DNA of 51,141 nt from Desulfobacterales bacterium (GCA_050053515.1 JASFTQ010000002.1:1-51141); one strand, 5' to 3'; numbered from the stretch's first letter, positions 10,065 to 19,620 are shown. Translations and numbers: made by a program. Notes: generated by a model not told the origin, from the sequence alone.

Positions 10065-10459
10065 TTTTTGCTCCTTCATGCTCATTAATAATTTTAATCA
10101 TGGCGAAAAAATATTCATTAATAAGAACATGTCAATAAAAATAATTATTTATTTTTACATTATTTATATTTTCATTACTTTTATGTAATATAATCCTAAG
10201 CTACATGTCCCCTGCTTGTCACGATCCAGCAGGACATATTTGCATCTCAAAACACAGGTCCTGCCGCACCCTTCAATGTTCCGCCAAGGAATATTAAGGC
10301 GCCGGGTTCTGGTGATTACTCCGGTCTGAGAACTTGACTCTTGGGTTTATTTTAGATAACAGATACTTTGTCAGCGTCACGGTAAACTTCAATATGGCTG
10401 TTTTGCCGAGACACGATGCCAATCTCACATATTTCACCCATTCAATAAGGAGGTCGGCG

Positions 10460-10624
10460 ATGCCCACTTATGAATTTGTTTGTGAAAAATGTAAAAAGAG
10501 ATTTACCCGCACCATATCCATTGCCGATTATGAAAAGAAAAAGTATCAATGTCCCAAATGCAAATCCAGAAAGGTAAAGCAGCAGATTCTTTCCTTTCAA
10601 ACGATAACCTCCAAAAAAAGTTAG
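10460..10624 (+). CDS. FmdB-family zinc ribbon protein
   Basis: MPTYEFVCEKC...CPKCKS; RBS AAGGAGG before ATG 10460. Confidence 0.85.
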   Translation: MPTYEFVCEKCKKRFTRTISIADYEKKKYQCPKCKSRKVKQQILSFQTITSKKS

Positions 10625-10705
10625 CGGCCAAGAACCATGAATCGTGCGGAATTACGCGATCCCGGCTCACCCTGACTTCTTATTCAAAGATAGAGGATTT
10701 GTATA

Positions 10706-11089
10706 ATGCCCCCACCGGAAAATAGAGAAAATGAGCCCAGTGATCGGCGGACTCGCCAAAAATATGCTCGTGGTAAAATCGAAAATTATCTTCCGGTAGA
10801 GCTGATAAATTTCAGCAAGGGCGGCCTGTGCTTTGAGTCCGGCAATAAAGTCACTTCCGCAGAGCGTATTAAAATTAAGAAGCGAGCGGTGCTGGATGGA
10901 GATGCGCGTCGGGCGGTGGACACGGGATGTGTCGCAGAAGTAAAATGGTGTCAACCTGTCGCGGGAAAGGATGCTATTTTATACCGTGTCGGTGTAGAAT
11001 ATATCCAACCGGCAAATCCAAATTTGTGCTTGGATTGGCGAGCCGGTGATAAAGTGTGCATCTCATCACCCCTGCCCTTTGAATCATAG
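10706..11089 (+). CDS. Single-domain PilZ protein (putative c-di-GMP receptor)
   Basis: Arg-rich loop DRRTRQK, NFSKGG (D/NxSxxG), AEVKWC, YRVGVEY. Confidence 0.7.
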   Translation: MPPPENRENEPSDRRTRQKYARGKIENYLPVELINFSKGGLCFESGNKVTSAERIKIKKRAVLDGDARRAVDTGCVAEVKWCQPVAGKDAILYRVGVEYIQPANPNLCLDWRAGDKVCISSPLPFES

Positions 11090-11134
11090 CGGCGTTTCGT
11101 AAAAAAGGACTGTGAGTTTACAGCAAATTCCTTT

Positions 11135-12976
11135 ATGAATAGAATCATAAAAAAGCTTGGCCATGTTCTCAAGGTAGGCTGGGATGCCGTTTCCATGCTG
11201 CGGCGTTTTGCAGGCAACCTCGTATTTCTCATCATCATTATCTTCGTACTGATCCTTCTTATTTTCGATGGCGGCCCGAAGGTACCCAAGGGCGCAGCAC
11301 TTATTTTATCACCGTCCGGCAATATCGTTGAGCAACGATCCGGTCCGCTAACGCTCGACCCGTTATTCGGCCGGGTCACAGAAGAAACGCTTTTGAAAAA
11401 CATTGTCGATGGTATTGATTTCGCCAAGGACGACGCCAATATTCAGGCAATGGTGCTTAATTTAGATAATATGCGGGGTGCCGGTATCAGCAAACTCCAG
11501 GAAATCGGGGCGGCGCTTGAACGCTTCAAACAAAGCGGAAAGACGGTTATTGCGGTTGGCGACAGTTTCAATCAGAATCAATACTATTTAGCAGCCCATG
11601 CTGAAAAAATATATTTACATCCCATGGGTCACGTATATCTCAGCGGATATGGTCTTTACCGCAAATACTTTAAAAGTCTTCTGGAAACCCTGATGGTAAA
11701 GGTTCATGTTTTCAGGGCGGGCACGTATAAATCCGCCCTGGAACCCTTTTTACGCGATGATATGTCCGATGAGGCGCGTGAAGCAAATACTTCCTGGCTA
11801 AGCGATTTATGGGAGGCCTACAAGGCAGACATTGCCGCGCTGCGGGGGCTCGAGGCCGTTAGTATTGACGGCTATATAAATAATGTTGCCGACCACTTGG
11901 TCAAAGTCGACGGCGATATCGCCAAGTTGGCCCTGGAACTCGGCTTTGTTGACGCATTAAAAACCCGTGAGGAAGTGCGTCAAGAACTGATCGCTCTGGT
12001 CGGGCAAGATAAAAAAAGCAAAACCTATAAGCACATCAATTTTGACGACTATCTGGAAATTATCCGGCCCCTGTTGCTGCAGAGGGACCCGCAAAAGAAA
12101 AAAGTCGCTGTCATCATCGCCAAGGGACTCATCATGGACGGTGAACAGCCCGCCGGCAGGATAGGCGGAGACACCCTCGCTGGATTAATCCGACAGGCGC
12201 GCCATACCGATGATATTCAATCGATTGTATTGCGGCTCGACAGCGGCGGCGGCAGTTCCTTTGCATCGGAAATTATCCGCAACGAGGTGGAACTGACACG
12301 TCGCTCCGGAAAGCCCGTAGTGGTTTCGATGGGTTCGGCGGCTGCATCAGGAGCTTACTGGATTGCCGCGTCAGCCGATCAAATTTGGGCATCCCCGACA
12401 ACGCTTACGGGTTCCATCGGTGTCTTCGGTGCTTTTGTAACTTTCGACAAGACATTGGGCCATCTGGGTGTTCATACGGATGGCGTGGGAACAACCAACT
12501 TAACCGGTGCGCTTGATCCCAGCCGTCCGCTGAATCCAATCCTGGCCGCTGCCATGCAGCATAGCATTGAGCAGGCGTACAAACGTTTTTTAGAGCGCAT
12601 ATCAAAGGGTAGAAACCTGGACGTGGAGGAGGTTGAAAAGGTGGCTCAGGGACGCGTGTGGTCGGGCAAGGAAGCCTTGGCGCTGGGCCTGGTGGATAAA
12701 CTCGGCAACCTGAAAGATGCGGTGGCGTCCGCAGCCGAACTTGCCGAGCTGGATGACTTCGAGGTGATCGTTATCCGGCGGCCGCTAAGCGGCAGAGAAC
12801 GTTTATTAAAAGAGCTTTACCGGCTTATTGCGAGCCTGACGGCATTCAGGCCCGCTTCGCCAAAATATCCGACCGGATGGCACTATCCGTCCCCGGCCGG
12901 CGAGCTGGTGCAAATTTTTCAGTTGAATGACCCCCGGGGCGTATACGCTTATTGTTTAACCTGTGATATTCAATAA
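11135..12976 (+). CDS. sppA: Signal peptide peptidase SppA, 67-kDa type
   Basis: N-terminal TM, two S49 domains, GTYKSA, RLDSGGGS, SMGSAAASGAY, TGSIGV, QGRVWSG. Confidence 0.93.
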   Translation: MNRIIKKLGHVLKVGWDAVSMLRRFAGNLVFLIIIIFVLILLIFDGGPKVPKGAALILSPSGNIVEQRSGPLTLDPLFGRVTEETLLKNIVDGIDFAKDDANIQAMVLNLDNMRGAGISKLQEIGAALERFKQSGKTVIAVGDSFNQNQYYLAAHAEKIYLHPMGHVYLSGYGLYRKYFKSLLETLMVKVHVFRAGTYKSALEPFLRDDMSDEAREANTSWLSDLWEAYKADIAALRGLEAVSIDGYINNVADHLVKVDGDIAKLALELGFVDALKTREEVRQELIALVGQDKKSKTYKHINFDDYLEIIRPLLLQRDPQKKKVAVIIAKGLIMDGEQPAGRIGGDTLAGLIRQARHTDDIQSIVLRLDSGGGSSFASEIIRNEVELTRRSGKPVVVSMGSAAASGAYWIAASADQIWASPTTLTGSIGVFGAFVTFDKTLGHLGVHTDGVGTTNLTGALDPSRPLNPILAAAMQHSIEQAYKRFLERISKGRNLDVEEVEKVAQGRVWSGKEALALGLVDKLGNLKDAVASAAELAELDDFEVIVIRRPLSGRERLLKELYRLIASLTAFRPASPKYPTGWHYPSPAGELVQIFQLNDPRGVYAYCLTCDIQ

Positions 12977-15900
12977 CTACCGCAATTTAATTTCCTTATA
13001 GGGCAGGCCCAGACGCCGGGCCAGCCGCCTCGAGTCTTCTTCCAGGGTCATTTTTTGACCGCCGGCCTCCTTGACCGTGATCTTCTTATCGCCCACCACA
13101 AAAATCTGTATTTTTCGAGGGTCAAGAAGCCGGGCGGCTATTTTGAGCAGGTCTTCGCGTGAAGCCCGAAGGTAAGCGTCTTGAATCCTTTCCAGGGTGT
13201 CCAGAGGCTCGTTGCGCAGATGATAACGACCGTAAACCTCCACCAACTCAGCCGGCGTATCCACGTTAAAAACAAAACTGTTCAACGCATCCAGTCGTTT
13301 TAACTTCAGATTTTCTGGTGGTATTTCCCGCCGCAGGTCTTTCATAATATCCAGCGTCTCCGTGATTGCCGTTTTGGTTTGATCACCCTTGCATCCGATG
13401 TAGCCTATCAAGATACCGGCTCGCCACTTATAGGTTTGAAAGAATCCGGCTGAATACACCAATCCCAAATCATCCCGCAGCCGCTTGTACATCAAAGAAT
13501 CGTCACCGCCGAAAATGTTCGCCAACAAATTGGTTTTCCAGTAATCGGGATGGGTGCGCTGGTTGCTGCGCAGGAGAAAAACGACTTGGGATTGCAGCTG
13601 ACCGGGTTTGTGAATAAGCGCCAAAACCGGCGATGGTTTTGGAGGATCCGACAGATTTCGCTGGGTGCTTTTGCCTTTCGGCAGTGAATTGAAAAGCTTT
13701 TTCAATCCGGCAACGGCCCGTTGTTTGTCGATGTCGCCGGCCACGGCCGCGACCATATTTGCCGGGATGAAATATTTTTTGATAAATCCTTGCAGGTCTT
13801 CGCGCGATATCGCAGGGATGGTATCCAAACCTAAAAGCGGATCACGTCCGTAGGGATGCCCTTTGAAATGCCAAATCATCCCTTCACGCATGGCGATGGC
13901 TTGGGCCCTGTCGGATTGTCGCCGCAGGGCAACCAACTCCTGGTCTTTTGCCACTGTTAACACGCCGGCATCAAAAGCAGGTTGAGTGATCACTTCTTGC
14001 AGCAGGGCCAATCCTTTGTCCCAGTCATGTTTGATTACCGAAAGGTGAATGGCCGAATCCTCCTCACCCACGGAAACCGACAGCTGTATGGCGTTTTCAT
14101 CCAGGGCCATCGCTAATTCGGACGGGGAGTAATTCTGGGTGCCGCCCCGAATGAGACTGCTTTCCAGCAAACCGCTCAGGCCGGTTTTGCCGTCCGGCAG
14201 ATCCGTTTCACCGGCTTTTATCAGGAGGGTTAAATCGATCAGGGGCAGTTCTCGATCGGGTAAATAAAACACCGTCGCATTCTTGATCTCGGCGGTTTGG
14301 GGCCTGGGATAGGTTATTTTCTGTGGATGGCGCCGGAAAGACAGGGGGTGTTTCCAACCGACGGGTGTCGGGTAAATCGAGTTGTTTTCCAATTTCTCCG
14401 GCTCGAAAATATTGGAGGAGGAGGCGCCACTGATTGAGCGTACTTCGGTATATGTTTCCGGGGGCAGATGGGGCGTTTTACCCGGAATGACGTAAACACG
14501 GGTTTGATTGCCGGTCCGCATATATTTTCTGGTGACCTCCCGGATGTCATCGGGTGAAATTTCTCCCATTCTATCTAAATATTCGGTAAAGTACTGCCAG
14601 CCCACCTGAACTTCCAAAGTCGCCAGGCTACCGGCAAGATCCTCGTTGCTGCGCATTCTTTCCAAAAAATCTCTTTGATTGAGTTTTTTAATTCTTTCGA
14701 GTTCGCGCGCCGAAACCAATTCGGTTTTCAGTTTTTCGATCTCGGCCACCAACATATCTCCAACTTTTTCACAGGCCGCCAAATAGGCCTGCTGTTTCTC
14801 GGCTTCGGTGATGGATTGAGATTGCAGGGCCTGCGGTTCATTCGGCGAGGCACCCAGGATAATCATTCCGCCGTAGCGATTGTCAGGGTTATAGGCCCAC
14901 GCTTGAACGGCCAGTCCTTTGTCGACAATATTTTGGGTCAAACGGGCACTGCGGCCGTGGCTCAACACCATGGTCATGGCATCCAGGGCATAGAAGTCTT
15001 TTGTTCCCATGCGGGCACCATGGAAGCCAATCCTGACCAGGGGTGTGCGGGCGCCTTTCAGAAAGCGGACGCTTTTTCGGGGACCCTGCTGTTGCGGTTC
15101 GGCCGTAACGGTTTCGGGACTGCGGCGCCCGGCTGGATACCGTTCAAAATAGATCTCAGCCAACCGTCGGACATCTTCGAGCTTTACGTCGCCAACCAAC
15201 ACGCAGACGGCATTTGACGGGCTGTAGTATTTTTGATGAAAAGCAACGGCGTCCGCTGTGGTATACCGCTGCATGTCAGACTTCCAGCCGATAATGGGAT
15301 TGCGATAGGGGTGAGCCGTATAGGCGGTTGTCTCAAGGTCGAGCCAGGCGGCGCCGGCCGGGCTGTTGACATATCGAAACGCCCATTCGCGCTGCACGAC
15401 GTCTTTTTCAACGTAAAATTCACGCCAGGAGGGTTCAAAGATCTGTTCACTCACAATGGAAAACCACTGCTCCAGCATATCCGACGGCATCGACATGATA
15501 TATTGGGTTTGATCCTTGGTGGTAAATGCGTTCACACCGACAGCGCCGTTTCTTGCCAGTTGGGTTGAAAACGCCTGGGGAACATATATTTTTTGCACCT
15601 CGGCCCGCAATCGTTCCATTTCCTCGAGTTTTTTTCTGATGAATTCCTTGTTGGGATGGCGCTTTTGTTGCTCCCGCCCCACCGCTTGATAGGCCGAATC
15701 GATTTTTTCCTGCAGCGCGAGATCTTTTTCGACGTCTCGGGTGCCGAAATTTTTGGTTCCCTTGAACATCATATGTTCCAGCATATGGGCGATGCCTGTT
15801 TTGCCCACGTCTTCAAGTGCCGATCCCGCTCGTATTGCCAGACGGCAGGCGACCTGGGGTGTCGTCGGCCGCTCCACAACCAAAAAAAGCATACCATTTT

Positions 15901-16018
15901 CGAGCTGAAACTCTTTGACGGTTATTTGAATATCGGAAAACGAATTTCCCGCCAGGCTGGAGCTCGCAACAAAAAGCAATAGACAACTGCCAACAAATAA
16001 TTGTTTTAAAAAACGCAT
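12977..16018 (-). CDS. Secreted M16-family zinc protease (fused active + inactive halves)
   Basis: Signal peptide, GIAHMLEHMMFKGT (HxxEH), NAFTT, HPY, LRDDLGLVY; the second half lacks HxxEH. Confidence 0.92.
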   Translation of the reverse strand: MRFLKQLFVGSCLLLFVASSSLAGNSFSDIQITVKEFQLENGMLFLVVERPTTPQVACRLAIRAGSALEDVGKTGIAHMLEHMMFKGTKNFGTRDVEKDLALQEKIDSAYQAVGREQQKRHPNKEFIRKKLEEMERLRAEVQKIYVPQAFSTQLARNGAVGVNAFTTKDQTQYIMSMPSDMLEQWFSIVSEQIFEPSWREFYVEKDVVQREWAFRYVNSPAGAAWLDLETTAYTAHPYRNPIIGWKSDMQRYTTADAVAFHQKYYSPSNAVCVLVGDVKLEDVRRLAEIYFERYPAGRRSPETVTAEPQQQGPRKSVRFLKGARTPLVRIGFHGARMGTKDFYALDAMTMVLSHGRSARLTQNIVDKGLAVQAWAYNPDNRYGGMIILGASPNEPQALQSQSITEAEKQQAYLAACEKVGDMLVAEIEKLKTELVSARELERIKKLNQRDFLERMRSNEDLAGSLATLEVQVGWQYFTEYLDRMGEISPDDIREVTRKYMRTGNQTRVYVIPGKTPHLPPETYTEVRSISGASSSNIFEPEKLENNSIYPTPVGWKHPLSFRRHPQKITYPRPQTAEIKNATVFYLPDRELPLIDLTLLIKAGETDLPDGKTGLSGLLESSLIRGGTQNYSPSELAMALDENAIQLSVSVGEEDSAIHLSVIKHDWDKGLALLQEVITQPAFDAGVLTVAKDQELVALRRQSDRAQAIAMREGMIWHFKGHPYGRDPLLGLDTIPAISREDLQGFIKKYFIPANMVAAVAGDIDKQRAVAGLKKLFNSLPKGKSTQRNLSDPPKPSPVLALIHKPGQLQSQVVFLLRSNQRTHPDYWKTNLLANIFGGDDSLMYKRLRDDLGLVYSAGFFQTYKWRAGILIGYIGCKGDQTKTAITETLDIMKDLRREIPPENLKLKRLDALNSFVFNVDTPAELVEVYGRYHLRNEPLDTLERIQDAYLRASREDLLKIAARLLDPRKIQIFVVGDKKITVKEAGGQKMTLEEDSRRLARRLGLPYKEIKLR

Positions 16019-16339
16019 GGCCGTTTCCTCCCGCTTCTAATCAACGGATCTTCAGATTTTATCGTCTAAAGTATATGCACCATTTTTTGTTTGTAAAACT
16101 TTAATGACCGCTCAAAAATGTCTGGGCGACAGCCCGAAAAGTTTTGACCGCCCGAAGGTCCCAACCCTTGCTCCCCCTCAGGATGATATATTTGATTTCT
16201 GTCATTTTACGCATATCTTTACCGTAGTTCCTTGCAAATTTCAGGTGGGCGTGAAAAAGTTTATTTCAAACCCCTGGTGTCCAAAACATCTTTGGCAATG
16301 TCAATTAATTTGAGCAATTTCAGATGAGGATCTCTAAAA

Positions 16340-16711
16340 ATGAAACCGATCTATCTCGGCTGGTTAACCCTGGGATTGGCCGTATTGTTTTTCTTCCACA
16401 CCGTTCCTGCTTATGGTTTCAGGTGCGGTACGCGCGTGATATCCATCGGGGATTCTAAATTCAGGGTGTTGTCAACATGCGGAGAGCCGACGCATATTGA
16501 AACTTGGGAGGAAGAACGCATCTTGAGAGACTTTCGCAGCCCCCAATATGCGGACGAACAAACGCAATACTCTCGTGAACCCCTTTTCGTAAAGCAACAT
16601 GTAACCATCGAACGCTGGACTTACAACCTCGGCGCGTTAAAATTAATTCGTTACCTTACATTCGAAAACGGTGCCCTGGTCAAGATCACCACCGGAGAGC
16701 ACGGATACTAG
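16340..16711 (+). CDS. DUF2845-like secreted protein
   Basis: Signal peptide, then FRCGTRVISIGD...CGEP...ERWTYNLG...LTFENG. Confidence 0.8.
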   Translation: MKPIYLGWLTLGLAVLFFFHTVPAYGFRCGTRVISIGDSKFRVLSTCGEPTHIETWEEERILRDFRSPQYADEQTQYSREPLFVKQHVTIERWTYNLGALKLIRYLTFENGALVKITTGEHGY

Positions 16712-16751
16712 ATGTCATGCCCCAAGACATAAGCTCAAAAAGTCTTGCAGC

Positions 16752-16873
16752 GGTTTGATCCGCCCCACCCCTCTGGCGGATAAACGCCCTGCTGCAGCCG
16801 GCGTGTTTATCCTCCCGCCGCGGCGGGACTCAATGGCGCTCGCCTTCACCAGAGGGCCGGGGCGGATCAAACC
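16752..16873. repeat. 122-nt multi-stem palindromic element
   Basis: Outer IR GGTTTGATCCGCCCC/GGGGCGGATCAAACC, inner CCCTCTGG/CCAGAGGG, GGATAAAC/GTTTATCC and palindrome TCCCGCCGCGGCGGGA. Confidence 0.65.
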
Positions 16874-16905
16874 TTGAGTTGGCTCGCTAAATACGGGAAT
16901 TCCGA

Positions 16906-17181
16906 GTGGTTTGGCTGGTTGAAAAAAAGACATTTTACCACACGCTCGATATGGGATTTGAAAGGGTGAGAGTACCCCTGCGGGTTAAGTTTGAGTTCGA
17001 GGTAAAAGAAGGGTCACTGGTTTCAGACAGCCTGACCTTTGAAACGTTATTCAACAAACAGGTCCTTAAAAAAAGATATCCCCGGTTGAAGCTGGAATTA
17101 TTGCACGCTGAAATCGAAAAAACCGTTAAACGAAATATATTAGGATATTTGAATGATTGTGGGTTTATGCGGGTCGATTGA
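16906..17181 (+). CDS. Hypothetical protein (91 aa)
   Basis: Protein-like composition; fills the gap between two repeats; start codon uncertain. Confidence 0.6.
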   Translation: MVWLVEKKTFYHTLDMGFERVRVPLRVKFEFEVKEGSLVSDSLTFETLFNKQVLKKRYPRLKLELLHAEIEKTVKRNILGYLNDCGFMRVD

Positions 17182-17284
17182 CCGCCAGATTTCTGATTGC
17201 GGTCGGCATCGGCTCTCCACGGGGCGGTCTTGATTGACACTCCCCGCCTCAAGGACGGGGCTTGCAGGGAAGTAAACCGGTCAA
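17178..17284. mobile_element. PATE-like mini-element (IS200/IS605-derived ends)
   Basis: Starts TTGACCG, ends CGGTCAA; hairpins GACCGC/GCGGTC and CCCCG-CCTCAAGGA-CGGGG; internal TTGATTGAC. Confidence 0.55.
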
Positions 17285-17465
17285 TGGAGATCTTCAACAA
17301 GCTTGTCGATAGTTGTTTCACCAAAATAAGGGGCGATTTTCCATAATTCCAATCCCAGGAAAGGAGTAGAGAATTGTTTGCCGGATCAAGGTTGCGCAGG
17401 TAGTATTCCTCCAGAGCTAGGTTTTTGCGAGGATCGTTGTTGTCGAGAGTATCTGCTAAAAACAT
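17285..17465 (-). pseudogene. lplA: Internally deleted lipoate-protein ligase A remnant
   Basis: LplA N-terminus (NDPRKNLALEEYYLRNLD) joined directly to the end-of-catalytic-domain motif WDWNYGKSP. Confidence 0.7.
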
Positions 17466-17616
17466 TGTAAATCTAGCTTTCTCTGAAATTAAGGCCGTGG
17501 CCCTTAGACCAAAAATTCATCCCCCATTTTACCCTTTCTTAATCTGATCCAATATGAGAAAATATGAAGATCAAAAGATCGCACGCTCACACGCCTATGA
17601 GCTAAAGGACAACCCT

Positions 17617-18180
17617 ATGAAAAGGTTTTCAGCCTTCCTTACACCCGTATTTTCATTTATTTTAATAGCTTATGGCTGTGTGGTTTTAGGGCCGTCAGAG
17701 GCGGATGTCATAGATGCCATGGAAGCCTCCCTGCGAAGTTTTCAAGCCTCTATGCACAAACAAAACTTGGAACTTCACGAAACCTATGCCAATGCAGTCG
17801 ATCTTGCCTTTATCAATGGCGACCGTTCGTTGCTGCATAACATGAGCGTCATGATGAAGGATAGCAAGGTGTTTGTTTCAGGCGAATGTGTTTTTGCTGA
17901 GTACCAGGACACGCAATCGGAATATCTTATCAATGGAAACATCGCCTATCATTTGAAATTTCCGAGAAGTTTCAATCCCCGTGGCGGTTCCGGGAGGGTC
18001 AACGGGAAAATAACACTGGCCGGCGGCAGGGTGGAAAAATTAGATTATTCTTTTAGCGTCAACAGCAACGGCGTATTCGAGGATTTTACGGTTACGGTCA
18101 ACGGCAAAAATATGGATATGACCAAGTATCAGAACCAAATTAATTTCATCAAATTCATGAAACTGCCGACGCTGGGTTAA
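17617..18180 (+). CDS. Hypothetical lipoprotein
   Basis: MKR + hydrophobic stretch + IAYGC lipobox-like motif; RBS AAAGGA. Confidence 0.65.
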   Translation: MKRFSAFLTPVFSFILIAYGCVVLGPSEADVIDAMEASLRSFQASMHKQNLELHETYANAVDLAFINGDRSLLHNMSVMMKDSKVFVSGECVFAEYQDTQSEYLINGNIAYHLKFPRSFNPRGGSGRVNGKITLAGGRVEKLDYSFSVNSNGVFEDFTVTVNGKNMDMTKYQNQINFIKFMKLPTLG

Positions 18181-18249
18181 AATGAGATTTTTCGATGATT
18201 GTTTGCGTATATGCGTTCAGATTGAACGGGAAAATAGGATAGGGGCGAC

Positions 18250-18378
18250 ATGGTGGTGGTTGATGAAAAAACTTGCTTGCTTTGTGGTGAGGTTGTGACA
18301 AACTCAAACCAAAAAAGAGAGCTGGTTTTAAAGAAAGAAATTGTTCGCCTATCCGAAAAAATAGATGAGCTGCTTTGA
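18250..18378 (+). other. Short ORF (42 aa, CxxC + coiled-coil-like), small protein or decayed gene
   Basis: MVVVDEKTCLLCGEVVTNSNQKRELVLKKEIVRLSEKIDELL*, with purine-rich RBS AGGATAGGGG. Confidence 0.3.
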
Positions 18379-18734
18379 ATGGATGGTTCACAGTAGATCC
18401 TCGCTGTGTTGGATTCGAAACCCAGCAACTATATCAAAGCGTTGATTAGGTCATCATCATTTCTTTAACCCCATCCGGGCTTATTGCAATCGGAATAAAT
18501 TTTTAGGAATTAAGATAAGTTGTCAATTTTTATGAATAGTTCTCATATCCCCCACATTCGTTGCTCCCCTTTCGGTGCAATGTAGTTTTAAACTACATGT
18601 CTTCCGCCAGGTAATCTCGGGGTTTTTTCTTGGTGTTATCCGGCGGTATTTAAATTTCGGATAACTCACCATAATGTTACTATCATTGGTATATTAAGCA
18701 GTAAGCACCAAGTGAAGTTTTTTGCAAAAAAAAG

Positions 18735-18788
18735 TTGACAATTCTACTATATTATAGAATATATTTCAAAATATATTATGGAATATAT
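18735..18788 (+). promoter_or_regulatory. Promoter (-35 TTGACA) with tandem quasi-palindromic operator candidates
   Basis: TTGACA 18735-18740; TATATTATAGAATATAT (18748-18764) and TATATTATGGAATATAT (18772-18788). Confidence 0.55.
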
Positions 18789-18963
18789 ATTTTACTGAGT
18801 TGATGTCTAAATACCACTAAAACTTTGAGATCATTGCCTTAAATAACCGGGCATTATCAATCTAAGCCTGATAGCGCGGACCGTCGTCTAATTTACTAAG
18901 ACACTGAACATTATTTGGATAAATGGCGTCCAACAGTGTCAACAGCCTCCTGACGGGGAACAG

Positions 18964-19620
18964 ATGAAAAAAAACACCAGTAAAACTGAAGCAGTCTATC
19001 ATAAATTGCTCGAAGGCATTGTCGATAGAGGGTTTATGCCCGGTCACAGACTGGTGGTGTCCGACCTGGTAGGTGAATTTGCAGTCAGCAGAACCCCAGT
19101 CCGAGAGGCTTTGCTACGGTTAAAAAATGAAGGTCTTGTTCAAGGAGATTTACATCGAGTTGCCTATGTTGCTCATCCAACATCAAAAGATGCCGAGGAA
19201 ATATATGACCTGCGGGAAGTTTTAGAAGGCCTTGCAGCCAGAAATGCAGCCCAGAGGGTTACCGAGGAAGGGGCTATGGAACTGAAGTTGTTAATTAAGC
19301 AGTCGGAGGAGTATTGTGAGCTGGAGAAACTAAGGGAGTTCACCCAGGTAGATGTTAAATTCCATGAATACATTGCAGAGATCGGCGGGAATCACCGATT
19401 GCGACATGCCCTGACACAGATTCGGCACCAGGGTCAGTTCCTGAGAAGAACTTCGATGCATTTGCTGGGGGGAAAAGGTTATCAGGCCTTAGCCGGGCAT
19501 AAAAGAATCCTTGAAGCAATTATCTGTAAAGATCCTCAGCTTGCCGAGACAAGGGCCAGAGAGCATATAAGGGAATTTAAAGGGGCGCTTGTTAGTTTAC
19601 TGAAGGAGTCAGGTTGGTGA
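18964..19620 (+). CDS. GntR-family transcriptional regulator (FCD domain)
   Basis: PGHRL..VSRTPVREALLRL HTH; EIYDLREVLEG, DVKFH, GHKRILEAI. Confidence 0.93.
   Translation: MKKNTSKTEAVYHKLLEGIVDRGFMPGHRLVVSDLVGEFAVSRTPVREALLRLKNEGLVQGDLHRVAYVAHPTSKDAEEIYDLREVLEGLAARNAAQRVTEEGAMELKLLIKQSEEYCELEKLREFTQVDVKFHEYIAEIGGNHRLRHALTQIRHQGQFLRRTSMHLLGGKGYQALAGHKRILEAIICKDPQLAETRAREHIREFKGALVSLLKESGW

Noticed and set aside
8265-10188. Long antisense ORFs over dnaK (also over the M16 peptidase and 36940-37728)
   Set aside because: Shadow ORFs opposite well-supported genes, with no recognisable motifs
10086-10330. CIRCE operator upstream of dnaK
   Set aside because: No TTAGCACTC-N9-GAGTGCTAA or close variant found
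10375-10420. c-di-GMP-I riboswitch upstream of the FmdB/PilZ genes (GGTAAAC...GCCG)
   Set aside because: Only a simple hairpin; lacks the GNRA-capped P2 and the GCAAA/P3 elements
16935-17465. 176-aa ORF as a real protein
   Set aside because: Chimera of the lplA remnant, a mini-element and the antisense of ORF 16906-17181
18400-18432. tRNA fragment or att site (GGATTCGAAACCC)
   Set aside because: Resembles a T-loop only loosely; no cloverleaf or CCA end
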